A stretch of 64,000 nucleotides of DNA, from NCBI GenBank assembly GCA_039931865.1, contig JBDTRB010000006.1, positions 881 to 64,880 on the forward strand, in the 5' to 3' direction. This document shows, piece by piece, positions 25,508 through 35,247 of the stretch (positions are counted from its first letter, which is position 1; each line of letters starts with the position of its first letter). The notes under the pieces are model-generated. The model saw only the letters and a program-made list of their open reading frames with translations, searched no databases and was not told the DNA's origin. Made by a program: the position numbers and the translations under genes. The DNA is from Acidobacteriota bacterium (GTDB lineage: Bacteria; Acidobacteriota; Thermoanaerobaculia; UBA5066; Gp7-AA6).

Positions 25508-26566
25508 TCATCGTCGGACCTCCTCGGGAACGGGCAGCGGCTCGCGGGCGGCGGAGAAGAACGCTTCCACGCAGTCGATCCGTGAAGGAGGGAGCACGCC
25601 GTGGCCTAGATTCACGATGTGCGCGCGCCCGCCGGTGGCGCGCACCATGTCCCGGGTGCGGCGTTCGACCTCGGCCGGTTGGCCGAGCAGGATCCCCGGG
25701 TCGAGGTTGCCCTGCAGCGCGAGCGCGGGCACGCGGCGGCGGGCCTCGGCGAGCGAGACGCGCCAGTCGATCGAGAGGACGTCGGCGCCCGAACGGGCCA
25801 TCTCCTCGAGCAGGTGCCCGGAGCCGTTCACGTAAAGAATCACCGGGGCGCCGCGCCGATCGATGCGGGCGATCGCCCGGGCCGCGGCCGGAAGCGCCCA
25901 CGCGCGATAGTCCTCGGCGGTGAGCTCGCCGGCCCAGGTGTCGAAGAGCTGGACCGCCTGAGCGCCCGACTCGATCTGGAAAGACAGCACGTCGCCAACG
26001 ACGTCCGCAAGAAGATCGAGCAGCCGCCCGAGCGTCTCCCGGTCTCGCCCCATCATTTCCTTGATCCCGGAGAACGATTTCGAGCCCCCGCCCTCGATGA
26101 GATACGACGCGAGAGTCCAGGGAGAGCCGCAGAAGCCGAGCACCGCCGCGTTTTCGCCGAGCGTGGCCCGAAGGGCCGAAAGGATCTTCCCGGTGAACCC
26201 GATCGACTCCGCCGGATCGAAGCGCCGCAGCCGCCGGACCTCCGAGCTCGAACGCACCGGCTCCGGAAGGTGCGGGCCGCTTTCGGTGAACTCGACGCGC
26301 GCGCCCATCGCCGCGACGGGAACCAGGATGTCGGAGAAGAAGATGACTCCGTCGGGATGGAACCGCCGAAAGGGCTGGAGAGATACCTCGGCCGCGAGAT
26401 CCGGGCTGCGGCAGAGGTCCCAGAACGAGACCGTGCGCCGCACCTCGCGGTACTCGGGAAGATAACGGCCCGCCTGCCGCATCATCCACACCGGCGGCCG
26501 GTCGACTGGCTTGGCGAAGCAGGCATCCAGGAGCCGCCGTCCCGAAGAATGTAGAGGTGCAGGCAT
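25508..26566 (-). CDS. hemE: uroporphyrinogen decarboxylase
   Basis: PPVWMMRQAGRYLPEYREVR, ILVPV, and FDTWAG. Start at MPAPLHSS (26566); the track ORF reads through further upstream. Confidence 0.9.
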   Translation of the reverse strand: MPAPLHSSGRRLLDACFAKPVDRPPVWMMRQAGRYLPEYREVRRTVSFWDLCRSPDLAAEVSLQPFRRFHPDGVIFFSDILVPVAAMGARVEFTESGPHLPEPVRSSSEVRRLRRFDPAESIGFTGKILSALRATLGENAAVLGFCGSPWTLASYLIEGGGSKSFSGIKEMMGRDRETLGRLLDLLADVVGDVLSFQIESGAQAVQLFDTWAGELTAEDYRAWALPAAARAIARIDRRGAPVILYVNGSGHLLEEMARSGADVLSIDWRVSLAEARRRVPALALQGNLDPGILLGQPAEVERRTRDMVRATGGRAHIVNLGHGVLPPSRIDCVEAFFSAAREPLPVPEEVRR

Positions 26567-26625
26567 CAAACGCGCAAATTCTACCGCCTCGGTCCCATGA
26601 ACGGCGCCGGAGCCGATGTTTACGG

Positions 26626-29523
26626 TCAGGCGGTCGGGGTCTCGGTGCCGAGGAGGTGTCGAAGCACGTACGGCAGGATCCCTCCGTGGCGGTAGTAGTC
26701 GACCTCGATCGGCGTATCGATGCGTACCAGCAGGGGCACGCGCCTCTCCGTCTTGTCCGCCGCGCGGATGGTGAGCTCGACCTGCTGGCGCGGCCGGATG
26801 TCTCCTTCGAGGCCGACGATGTCGAACGTCTCGCTGCCAGTGATGCCCAGGCTCGCCGAGCTTTCGCCCTCGGGGAACTGGCAGGGCAGGATGCCCATGA
26901 AGACGAGGTTCGACCGGTGGATCCTCTCGAAGCTCTGCGCGATGACGGCCCGCACCCCCAACAGCCGTGTGCCCTTGGCCGCCCAGTCGCGGGAGCTGCC
27001 CGATCCATATTCCTGCCCGGCGAAGACGATCAGGGGAATGTGCCCGGCCTGGTACCGGATTGCGGCCTCGTAGATCGAGACCTGGTCGCCGTGGGGCTGG
27101 TAGATCGTCACTCCGCCCTCGACCCCCGGCACCATCCGGTTCTTGATCCGGACATTCGCGAACGTGCCCCTGGTCATCACCCGGTCGTTGCCGCGCCGCG
27201 ACCCGTAGCTGTTGAAGTCCTCGGGGGCGATGCCCTTCTCCTGGAGATAGAGGCCGGCCGGGGAGGTTTTCTTGATCGCGCCCGCGGGGCTGATGTGATC
27301 CGTCGTGACCGAGTCCCCGAAGATCGCGAGGGCACGCGCGTTTTGGATGTCGCAGACGCCTGCCGGGACCATGCTGAAGCGGTCGAAGAACGGAGGCTCC
27401 TGGATGTACGTCGATTGCGGGTCCCACTTGTAGGTCTTGCCGATCGTGGTCGGGATCTCGTTCCAGAGAGGATTGGCCTCCACGAAGTCGGAATAGAGGC
27501 GCCTGTACGTGGCGGGGTCGACAGAGCGGGCAATGGCCTCGCGCACCTCGGTCAGGCTCGGCCAGATGTCGCGGAGATAGACGTCGTTGCCGTCGCGGCC
27601 GCGCCCGAGCGGCTCCTCGGCCATGTTGATGTCCACGCGCCCCGCGAGGGCGAACGCCACGACGAGCGGCGGGCTCATGAGGAAGTTCGCCTTGATGTTC
27701 TGCTGGACGCGCGCCTCGAAGTTCCGGTTGCCCGAAAGCACGCTCGCCGCAATCAGGTCGTGCGACGTGACGGACTCCTCTATGGCCGGGTCGAGCGGGC
27801 CGGAATTGCCGATGCACGTCGTGCACCCGTAGCCCACGAGGTTGAAGCCGAGCCGGTCGAGCGGCTCCTGGAGCCCGGTGCGCGCCAGGTAATCGGTGAC
27901 GACGCGCGACCCCGGGGCAAGAGAGGTCTTCACCTTCGGAGAGACGGAGAGGCCGCGCGCGACCGCTTTCTGGGCCACGAGCCCCGCGGCCAGCATGACG
28001 CTCGGGTTCGACGTATTCGTGCAGGACGTGATCGCCGCGATCAGCACGTCGCCGTGTCCGAGCGTGACGATCGCCGGCGCGAGATGCTCCTCCGGCACGT
28101 CCTCGACACGATCCGGGGTCGGGCGGTTGTTGACCATCTCCGTCTCGGTCCAGGGGTTCGTATCGCTTTTCGCGGCGTTGTCTGCGAGCGGCGCGGTCGT
28201 CGGGTGCTCCTGGTGGCCGCCTCCGGCCATCGGAGCCTCCGGAGTCGGGCCCTCGAACCCGATCTGGACCCGGTAGCGCCGGGAAAATTCTTCCGCGCGT
28301 TTCCCGTATCCGTTCTCCGTCACCGGCGCTCCGAACAGCTCGCGGAAGCGGGCCTTCAGATCCGGGAGATCGATCCTGTCCTGCGGACGCTTCGGGCCGG
28401 AGACGCTCGGCCGGACCGACGCCAGGTCGAGGTCGAGCACGGACGAATAGTCAATTTGCCCGGACGCGGGCATGCCGAAAAGCTCCTGCGCCTGAAAGTA
28501 CGCGCGGAACGCGGCCACATGCTCTTCCGGGCGGCCGGTCGCGAGAAGGTACCGGCACGATTCCTCGTCGACGGGGAAGTACCCCATCGTCGCTCCGTAC
28601 TCCGGCGCCATGTTCGCGATCGTCGCGCGGTCCGGGAGGGGCAGGGACGCGGCACCCTCCCCGTGAAATTCGACGAACTTCCCGACGACCTTCGCGGCGC
28701 GCAGCATCTGGGTGCAGTGGAGAGCCAGGTCCGTCGCGGTGACGCCCTCGGAAAGCCGTCCCGTCATGTGGACGCCGACGACGTCGGGAGCGAGGAAATA
28801 GACCGGCTGCCCGAGCATGCCGGCCTCGGCCTCGATGCCGCCCACGCCCCATCCGACGATCCCGAGGCCGTTGATCATCGTGGTGTGCGAGTCGGTGCCC
28901 ACGACGGTGTCGGGGAACCACACGCCATCGCGCTCGAGGACGCCGCGAGCGAGGTACTCGAGGTTGACCTGGTGGCAGATGCCGATCCCCGGAGGCACCA
29001 CGTCGAAGCCGTGGAACGCCTGCATGCCCCACTTTAAGAACTCGTACCGCGCGCGGTTGCGCCGGAACTCCATCTCCATGTTGCGTTGCAGCGCGTCGGG
29101 GACCGACCACACGTCCACCTGGACGGAATGGTCGACGACGAGCGCCACGGGGACGAGGGGCTCGATCAGCGACGGGTCCCTCCCGAGCCGCTCGACCGCC
29201 GACCGCATGGCCGCGAGATCGACGAGCAGGGGCACGCCGGTGAAGTCCTGCAACAGAATCCGGGCGACCACAAACGGCACCTCGGCGACGCGGTCCGCCC
29301 GCGGCTGCCACCCGGCGAGCGCGCGGATGTCTTCCTCCCGGATGCGCTTGCCGTCGAATCCCCGCAGCACCGATTCCAGAACGATCCGCAGGCTGACCGG
29401 CAGCCGGGAGATCGCGCCGACGCCGCTCTTTTCGAGCGCCGGAAGGGAATAGAAGGACCCCGTTTTTCCCGGTCCGGGAGAAAACTCCTGTTTCGCTTTG
29501 AAAGGGTCGGGGTCGGTCGTCAT
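26626..29523 (-). CDS. acnA: aconitate hydratase A
   Basis: 965 aa with [42 protein letters not shown], and [11 protein letters not shown]. Confidence 0.93.
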   Translation of the reverse strand: MTTDPDPFKAKQEFSPGPGKTGSFYSLPALEKSGVGAISRLPVSLRIVLESVLRGFDGKRIREEDIRALAGWQPRADRVAEVPFVVARILLQDFTGVPLLVDLAAMRSAVERLGRDPSLIEPLVPVALVVDHSVQVDVWSVPDALQRNMEMEFRRNRARYEFLKWGMQAFHGFDVVPPGIGICHQVNLEYLARGVLERDGVWFPDTVVGTDSHTTMINGLGIVGWGVGGIEAEAGMLGQPVYFLAPDVVGVHMTGRLSEGVTATDLALHCTQMLRAAKVVGKFVEFHGEGAASLPLPDRATIANMAPEYGATMGYFPVDEESCRYLLATGRPEEHVAAFRAYFQAQELFGMPASGQIDYSSVLDLDLASVRPSVSGPKRPQDRIDLPDLKARFRELFGAPVTENGYGKRAEEFSRRYRVQIGFEGPTPEAPMAGGGHQEHPTTAPLADNAAKSDTNPWTETEMVNNRPTPDRVEDVPEEHLAPAIVTLGHGDVLIAAITSCTNTSNPSVMLAAGLVAQKAVARGLSVSPKVKTSLAPGSRVVTDYLARTGLQEPLDRLGFNLVGYGCTTCIGNSGPLDPAIEESVTSHDLIAASVLSGNRNFEARVQQNIKANFLMSPPLVVAFALAGRVDINMAEEPLGRGRDGNDVYLRDIWPSLTEVREAIARSVDPATYRRLYSDFVEANPLWNEIPTTIGKTYKWDPQSTYIQEPPFFDRFSMVPAGVCDIQNARALAIFGDSVTTDHISPAGAIKKTSPAGLYLQEKGIAPEDFNSYGSRRGNDRVMTRGTFANVRIKNRMVPGVEGGVTIYQPHGDQVSIYEAAIRYQAGHIPLIVFAGQEYGSGSSRDWAAKGTRLLGVRAVIAQSFERIHRSNLVFMGILPCQFPEGESSASLGITGSETFDIVGLEGDIRPRQQVELTIRAADKTERRVPLLVRIDTPIEVDYYRHGGILPYVLRHLLGTETPTA

Positions 29524-29732
29524 CGGCTGGGGAAGGAGATCCTCCTCGAGAGAGCGTTTCGGGTCGGAAACGCAGTCTATGAAGCCGTCCGGGACAGGTC
29601 AAGGGAAAGCCGTTTTCGCGCGGCGACGAACCCTTCACCGCCCGGATGGCATAGTTTGGGGAAGAACCGATTCCGGACTGACTCAACCGCGGCGTGTTGC
29701 CGCGCAAACGCAACAACAGGGAGAACCGAACA

Positions 29733-30374
29733 ATGAAGAGGATCGCGATCCTGGCCGCAGCGGCCGTGCTCACCGCCTCCGCGGCTTTTGCCGCCCCCGA
29801 GACATTTCAATTCGACAAGGCGCACAGTCTGGTCGGGTTCCGCATCCGGCACTTCGTGTCGAAGGTCGAAGGCCGCTTCCGCGAGTTCGAGGGGTCGGCC
29901 ACGCTCGACCGGCAGAACCCCGCCGCGTCGCGCGTCGACCTGACGATCCAGGCGGCGTCGATTGACACGGGCGCCGAGAACCGCGACAAGCACCTGAAGT
30001 CAGCGGACTTCTTCGACGCCGAAAAGTTCCCCACGATCACCTTCAAGAGCACGAAGGTGACGCTGAAGGGCAAAGACGCGTACGACGTGACCGGCGATTT
30101 CACGATGCACGGCGTCACGAAGTCGATCACGATCCCGGTCCGGCACGGCGGGTTTCTCAAGGCCGGCAAAGTCGAGAAGGCCGGATTCGAGGTCGCCTCG
30201 TTCTCGATCGACCGTAAGGACTACGGGATCACGTGGAACCGCGCGGTTGATGCCGGCGGCGTGATGCTCGGGGACGACGTCGAGATCAACATCCAGGTCG
30301 AGGCCAACAAGCCGCTCGAGGACGCGAAACCGGCGGCGTCGGCGGCCCCCGCGGCACCAAAGCCCGGACGCTGA
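29733..30374 (+). CDS. YceI-family periplasmic protein
   Basis: Signal peptide MKRIAILAAAAVLTASAAFA, then FDKAHSLVGFRIRHFVSKVEGRF...IDTGAENRDKHLKSADFFDAEKFPTITFKS. Confidence 0.85.
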   Translation: MKRIAILAAAAVLTASAAFAAPETFQFDKAHSLVGFRIRHFVSKVEGRFREFEGSATLDRQNPAASRVDLTIQAASIDTGAENRDKHLKSADFFDAEKFPTITFKSTKVTLKGKDAYDVTGDFTMHGVTKSITIPVRHGGFLKAGKVEKAGFEVASFSIDRKDYGITWNRAVDAGGVMLGDDVEINIQVEANKPLEDAKPAASAAPAAPKPGR

Positions 30375-30479
30375 GGCTTATTCTGATCCGCCGGAGCCGG
30401 CGTCCCCGGCGAAGGGGCGCCGGGGACCCGCGGCCCGGAAGCGCCGTGAAGGGACCCATCCGGTAGACTCGGCCAGCCG

Positions 30480-31307
30480 ATGAAATGGCACGCGCTCGGC
30501 TGGCTCGCCGTCGCTCTCTACTTGGGAGCCGAGGCGCTTTCGATCCTCTCGCTCTTGAAGCCGGGGAGGGGATCGTCGGGCGCCATCCTCCGGACCTCCC
30601 TGGGCCTGGTCCTTCTCGCCGCCGGCCTCGCGGTCCATTTCGCGGATCTCGAGATCACGGCCCGCGCCCTCCATTCGGTTCCGTACCGCAGCTTCGGAGG
30701 CTCTCTTTCGCTCTTTGGGTGGATGCTCGGCGTGTCCTACCTGGCACTCCTCTTCCGGCACCGGGAGCGTTCGATCGGTCCGTTCCTGATCCCGTTCGTC
30801 ATCCTCTTCTCGGCGGCGGGCCTGTTGCTGCCGGCGCACGCCGCGGCACCGGATGCCGAGATGCGCGGCTCGCTCTTCGCGTTGCACGTCACCTGCGGAA
30901 TCCTGGCGTACGCGGCCTTCACGTTCTCCTTCGTCCTGTCCGTCCTTTACCTCGTGCAGAACCGGCAGATCCGGCGCGGACGCACGGGCGTCCTCTTCGC
31001 ACGGCTTCCTCCTCTCGAGGTGATCGGCCGCATGAACCGGACGAGCGTCACGATCGGCCTGGCGGTGCTCGGCGCCTCCGTCGTCTTCGGACTCCTCTGG
31101 GCAAACCGGGTCTGGGCGTCGATGGGCGATCCCAAGATCGAGTGGGCGCTCGCGACACTCGCGCTGTACGGGTTCCTGCTGTGGATGGAGCGGCGGGGCT
31201 GGAAGGGGCCGAGGGTCGCGATCCTCTCGATCGTCGGGTACGGCCTCGTGCTCTTCTCATACACCATCGTCAACATGTTTCTCTCCCGGTCGCACGGATT
31301 CCGATGA
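30480..31307 (+). CDS. CcsA/HemX-like cytochrome c assembly family membrane protein
   Basis: 275-aa polytopic membrane protein of the CcsA-like family (WANRVWASMGDPKIEW, W-rich region). It sits immediately upstream of hemA with an ATGA overlap. Confidence 0.75.
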   Translation: MKWHALGWLAVALYLGAEALSILSLLKPGRGSSGAILRTSLGLVLLAAGLAVHFADLEITARALHSVPYRSFGGSLSLFGWMLGVSYLALLFRHRERSIGPFLIPFVILFSAAGLLLPAHAAAPDAEMRGSLFALHVTCGILAYAAFTFSFVLSVLYLVQNRQIRRGRTGVLFARLPPLEVIGRMNRTSVTIGLAVLGASVVFGLLWANRVWASMGDPKIEWALATLALYGFLLWMERRGWKGPRVAILSIVGYGLVLFSYTIVNMFLSRSHGFR

Positions 31308-32572
31308 GCCCGGCCGCCGAGGCGCGTCTCCTCCTGCTCGGCTGGAACTTCCGTGTGACGGAAAGCTCGGTTCGGGACCGGATCGCGCTGTCCGCCGACG
31401 AAGTGAGCGAAGCGCTCCGGTCCCTGCTCGGAAAGGGGATCGTCTCGGAAGGCGTCATCGTCTCGACCTGCCATCGCAGCGAAATCTACGGCCTGTTCTC
31501 CGAGGGCGCCGACGCGGGAGACCTCGTGACGCGGTACGTCTCGGAGTGGCGCGGGTTGGAACCCGAGGCGCTTTCCCGCGCGGGCTTCCGCCGGGAGGGC
31601 GCGGACGCTGCGCGGCACCTCTTCCGGGTGGCGTCCGGCCTCGACTCGATGGCGCTTGGGGAGAGCGAGGTTCTCGGGCAGGTCCGGAAGGCGCTCCGCA
31701 TCGCGCGCGAGTCCGGAGCCACGCGCGCCGTGCTCCACAGACTCTTCGAATCGGCCGTGGCCGCCGGAAAGCGCGTGCGCTCCGAAACGGAGATCGGACG
31801 GCATCCGCTGTCGGTCGTGTCGATCGGTTTCGAGCTCGCCACGAAGATCTTCGGCGACCTGTCGCGGCGCACCGTGCTGGTCCTCGGGGCGGGGGAGACC
31901 GGCAGCCTGTTCGCGAGGCAGGCGCTCGACGCGGGAGTGCGCGACCTGCGGATCGCCAATCGGACCCCGGAGAAGGCGGAGGCTCTCGCCAGCCGGGTGT
32001 GCGGAATCGCGGTCGCGTGGGAGGACATCGTCCGGGAGCTCGCCTCGGCCGACGTGGTGGTCGGCACGACCGCGAGCCCGCGTCCCGTCGTGCGGCGCGA
32101 GGACGTCGAAAACGCGATGCGGCAACGGCGCGCGCGCCCCATGTTTTTTCTGGACCTCGCGGTGCCGGCCGACATCGAGCCGTCGGTGCGAGACGTTTAC
32201 AACACTTTCGTCTACGGCGTGAACGACCTCGAGACGGTCGCGGAGGAGAATCGCCGCCGGCGCGCGCGCGAGGTGCCCCGCGCCGAGGAGATCCTCGAGG
32301 AAGACCTCTCGAAATTCCTGGCGTGGATGGGCAACCTCTCCGTCGTTCCGACCGTGATCGGCCTTCGGGGGCACCTCGACCGGATCCGCGACGAGGAGCT
32401 CGCGCACATACCCGCCTCCGATCGGGAACGTTTCGCCACTTTCGCGAACTCCCTCGCCTCCCGCCTGCTCCACGAGCCGATGCGGCGTTTGAAGTCCGAA
32501 ACGGACGCCGGGCGCCGCCTCGACCGCGTGGAGGCCGTTCGGCACCTGTTCCGCCTGGACGAAGACGAGTGA
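31304..32572 (+). CDS. hemA: glutamyl-tRNA reductase
   Basis: STCHRSEIY (active-site Cys), GLDSMALGESEVLGQV, and VLGAGETG NADPH fold. The ATG overlaps the upstream stop. Confidence 0.9.
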   Translation: MSPAAEARLLLLGWNFRVTESSVRDRIALSADEVSEALRSLLGKGIVSEGVIVSTCHRSEIYGLFSEGADAGDLVTRYVSEWRGLEPEALSRAGFRREGADAARHLFRVASGLDSMALGESEVLGQVRKALRIARESGATRAVLHRLFESAVAAGKRVRSETEIGRHPLSVVSIGFELATKIFGDLSRRTVLVLGAGETGSLFARQALDAGVRDLRIANRTPEKAEALASRVCGIAVAWEDIVRELASADVVVGTTASPRPVVRREDVENAMRQRRARPMFFLDLAVPADIEPSVRDVYNTFVYGVNDLETVAEENRRRRAREVPRAEEILEEDLSKFLAWMGNLSVVPTVIGLRGHLDRIRDEELAHIPASDRERFATFANSLASRLLHEPMRRLKSETDAGRRLDRVEAVRHLFRLDEDE

Positions 32573-33504
32573 GCGTGGGACGGCCGCCCGCCGTGCGCGG
32601 TTTGCTGCGCCTGGCCGCCCGCGGCAGCGCCCTGTCGCTCGCGCAGGTCGAGCTCACGGCAAAGTCGCTCGCCGCGTGGACGGACACCGAGATCGCGACG
32701 TACCGCACGACCGGCGACCAGCTCTCGCATCTCGACGCGGCGATCACCGGCAAGGGCGTCTTCACGAAGGAGATCGACGAGGCGCTGCTCGACGGCCGCG
32801 CCGACGTCGGCGTACACAGCCTGAAGGACCTTCCGGCCGAGCTTCCCGCAGGGCTCGTCCTCGCCGCCGTTCCGAAGAGGGAGGACGCGAGCGACATCCT
32901 CGTCTCCCGGCCGCGCCGGACGTTCGCGGAGCTGCCCCCGGGCGCCCGCATCGGCACGGGGAGCCCCCGCCGCCGCGCGCAGCTGCTTTCCGCCCGCCCG
33001 GATCTCGAGGTGTCCGAGGCGCGCGGCAACGTGGATACCCGGATCCGGCGGCTCGAGGAGGGACGGTGGGACGCGATCGTCCTCGCCCGCGCCGGACTCG
33101 CGCGACTCGGCCGGCTGTCCGAGATCGACGACGTGTTCGTTCCCGAGCTCCTCCTTCCCGCCGTCGGGCAGGGAGCCCTCGCGCTGATGGCACGCGAAGG
33201 AGACTCCGCCGTGCTCGAGGTCCTCGCCCGGCTCGACCACGCCGCTTCGCACGCCGAGATCCTCGCCGAACGCGGGCTGCTCCGGCGGCTGCACGCCGGC
33301 TGCCGGGCCCCGCTCGCGGGACGCGCGGTGATCTCCGGCGACCGCATGCGGCTGTCCGCGGGCGTCTATTCGCTCGACGGCCGCGTCGCGATGCGGGAGG
33401 AAGCAGAAGGACCAGCCGATGCCCCGGAAGACTTGTCGGAGAGAGTCGCCGACCAGCTCCTCGCCCGCGGCGCGGGGCCGCTGCTCGAAGAGGCGCGGGA
33501 GTGA
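32569..33504 (+). CDS. hemC: hydroxymethylbilane synthase (porphobilinogen deaminase)
   Basis: GVFTKEIDEALLDGRADVGVHSLKDLP, GTGSPRRRAQL, RGNVDTRIRRL, and AGCRAPLAG (cofactor Cys). The GTG start at 32569 (or 32575) overlaps the hemA stop. Confidence 0.9.
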   Translation: MSVGRPPAVRGLLRLAARGSALSLAQVELTAKSLAAWTDTEIATYRTTGDQLSHLDAAITGKGVFTKEIDEALLDGRADVGVHSLKDLPAELPAGLVLAAVPKREDASDILVSRPRRTFAELPPGARIGTGSPRRRAQLLSARPDLEVSEARGNVDTRIRRLEEGRWDAIVLARAGLARLGRLSEIDDVFVPELLLPAVGQGALALMAREGDSAVLEVLARLDHAASHAEILAERGLLRRLHAGCRAPLAGRAVISGDRMRLSAGVYSLDGRVAMREEAEGPADAPEDLSERVADQLLARGAGPLLEEARE

Positions 33505-34241
33505 TCCCGAGGGCTCTCGTCGTCCGCTCCGGCGCCGCCGATTTCCCGCGCCCCCGCGATTCCGGGTTCGAAGTCTTCGAGAAGATCAGCCACCGCATCG
33601 AGCCGCTCGCGGCGGCGACCGACGTGCTCGAGGAGCCGGCGGCCCTCGCGGTCTTCACGAGCCAGGTGGCCGTGCGGATCTTTTTCGAGGACGCGAATCG
33701 GGCGCGTCTCTTTTCCGCGAGCCTCGCGAACGGAAAAGTCGCCGCGGTCGGCGAGGCGACGGCGTCCGCGCTGCGCGACTTCGGTGTCGAGCCGGCCATC
33801 GTCGCCGCCGGCTCCGGGTCGAGCGTTCTCGACCGCCTGCCAAAGCGCCTGGAGGGGTGGCGGGTCATCCTTCCGCGCGGCGAGGACGCGACCGTCGAGC
33901 TTCCCGAGGCTCTCGCCGCGCGAGGCGCGCGGCTGCGGCCGATCGTGCTGTACCGGAAGCTTCCGGTCCCCGCCGATCCGGATCTCGACGGGCAGGTGGC
34001 GGGCGGCGCCTTCTTCGCCCTGGCGACCACCTCGCCGGCCGCGGCGCGCTGGCTCTTCTCGAAGGCGTCCCCCGCGGCCATGGCGCGTCTCCGGGCGATG
34101 CCCGCGGTCGTGCTCGGGCGATTCACGGGGCGCTACCTCGGCTCGCACGGTATCGATCGCGTGGAAACGTCGCGCGAGCCGACCTTCGATTCGATGCTCG
34201 ACCGGCTCGGGGAGCTTGCCGCGGAGGGACGCACGGCATAG
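33501..34241 (+). CDS. hemD: uroporphyrinogen-III synthase
   Basis: 246 aa. Position between hemC and hemB, with HemD-like segments (AVFTSQVAVRIFF, FALATTSPAAARWL). GTGA overlap with hemC. Confidence 0.8.
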   Translation: MIPRALVVRSGAADFPRPRDSGFEVFEKISHRIEPLAAATDVLEEPAALAVFTSQVAVRIFFEDANRARLFSASLANGKVAAVGEATASALRDFGVEPAIVAAGSGSSVLDRLPKRLEGWRVILPRGEDATVELPEALAARGARLRPIVLYRKLPVPADPDLDGQVAGGAFFALATTSPAAARWLFSKASPAAMARLRAMPAVVLGRFTGRYLGSHGIDRVETSREPTFDSMLDRLGELAAEGRTA

Positions 34242-34250
34242 ATTCCGCGC

Positions 34251-35243
34251 GTGAGCCCGTTCCCGACTCAGCGTTCCCGGAGGCTGCGACGGAGCCCGGC
34301 CCTGCGGCGGCTCGTCCGGGAGACGCGGCTCTCCTGCGATCAGCTGGTTGCGCCCCTCTTCGTGCGCCACGGCCGCGCGGTGCGCGAAGAGATCTCGTCC
34401 CTGCCGGGCGTCTTCCGCCTTTCGCCCGACGAGGCGCTCGCGGCGTGCCAGGAGCTCTCCTCGGCACGCGTGCCCGCGGTCATCCTCTTCGGCATCCCGG
34501 AGCGCAAGGACGAGACGGGCAGCGAGGGTTGGGACGACGACGCCGCCGTCCAGACGACGGTCCGGCTCCTGAAGAAGGAACTGCCGGGCCTTCTCGTCAT
34601 CACCGACGTCTGTCTCGACGAGTACACGTCGCACGGCCACTGCGGGGTGATCCGCGACGGAGAGGTCGACAACGACGCGACGCTGCCGCTGCTCGCGCGA
34701 TGTGCCCTCTCGCACGCGCGGGCGGGAGCGGACGTCGTCGCGCCCTCCGACATGATGGACGGCCGCGTCGCCGCGATCCGGGAAGGACTCGACGAGGAAG
34801 GTTTCGCCGACATCGCGATTCTCGCTTACTCCGCGAAGTCCGCCTCGGCGTTCTACGGCCCGTTCCGCGAGGCGGCGGACTCCGCCCCGAAGTTCGGCGA
34901 CCGGCGCGGCTATCAGATGGATCCCTCCAACCGGCGCGAGGCGATGCGGGAGATTGCGCTCGACCTCGAAGAGGGAGCGGACGCGGTGATGGTGAAGCCC
35001 GCGCTCGCCTACCTCGACGTGATCCGCGAAGCGCGCGAGAGCTTCGACGCCCCGATCGCGGCGTACAACGTGTCGGGCGAGTACGCCATGGTGAAGGCCG
35101 CCGCCGCAAACGGATGGATCGACGAGCAGCGGATCGTGCTCGAGATCCTGACCGGGATCGTCCGCGCCGGAGCGGATTTCGTGCTGACGTACCACGCGCT
35201 CGACGCCGCCCGCTGGATCGCCGCGGGAGGCCTTCCCGCGTGA
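34251..35243 (+). CDS. hemB: porphobilinogen synthase (ALA dehydratase)
   Basis: [34 protein letters not shown] (Cys-rich metal site), [11 protein letters not shown], and [11 protein letters not shown] (active-site Lys). Confidence 0.92.
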   Translation: MSPFPTQRSRRLRRSPALRRLVRETRLSCDQLVAPLFVRHGRAVREEISSLPGVFRLSPDEALAACQELSSARVPAVILFGIPERKDETGSEGWDDDAAVQTTVRLLKKELPGLLVITDVCLDEYTSHGHCGVIRDGEVDNDATLPLLARCALSHARAGADVVAPSDMMDGRVAAIREGLDEEGFADIAILAYSAKSASAFYGPFREAADSAPKFGDRRGYQMDPSNRREAMREIALDLEEGADAVMVKPALAYLDVIREARESFDAPIAAYNVSGEYAMVKAAAANGWIDEQRIVLEILTGIVRAGADFVLTYHALDAARWIAAGGLPA

Positions 35244-35247
35244 GCCG

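Noticed and set aside
23089-25923. 944-aa plus-strand ORF
   Set aside because: Antisense to hemH, hemN and hemE, all of which carry clear catalytic motifs. It is Arg/Gly/Pro-rich with no recognisable domain.
26567-27826. Upstream extension of the hemE frame (track ORF 25508..27826, 772 aa)
   Set aside because: The HemE homology begins at MPAPLHSS...PPVWMMRQAGRY (start at 26566). The extension overlaps the 3-prime end of acnA and has no HemE-like or other recognisable sequence.
26557-29037. 826-aa plus-strand ORF, together with the 440-aa minus-strand ORF 28451..29773
   Set aside because: The first is antisense to aconitase and the second is out of frame with it. Both have spurious-looking composition.
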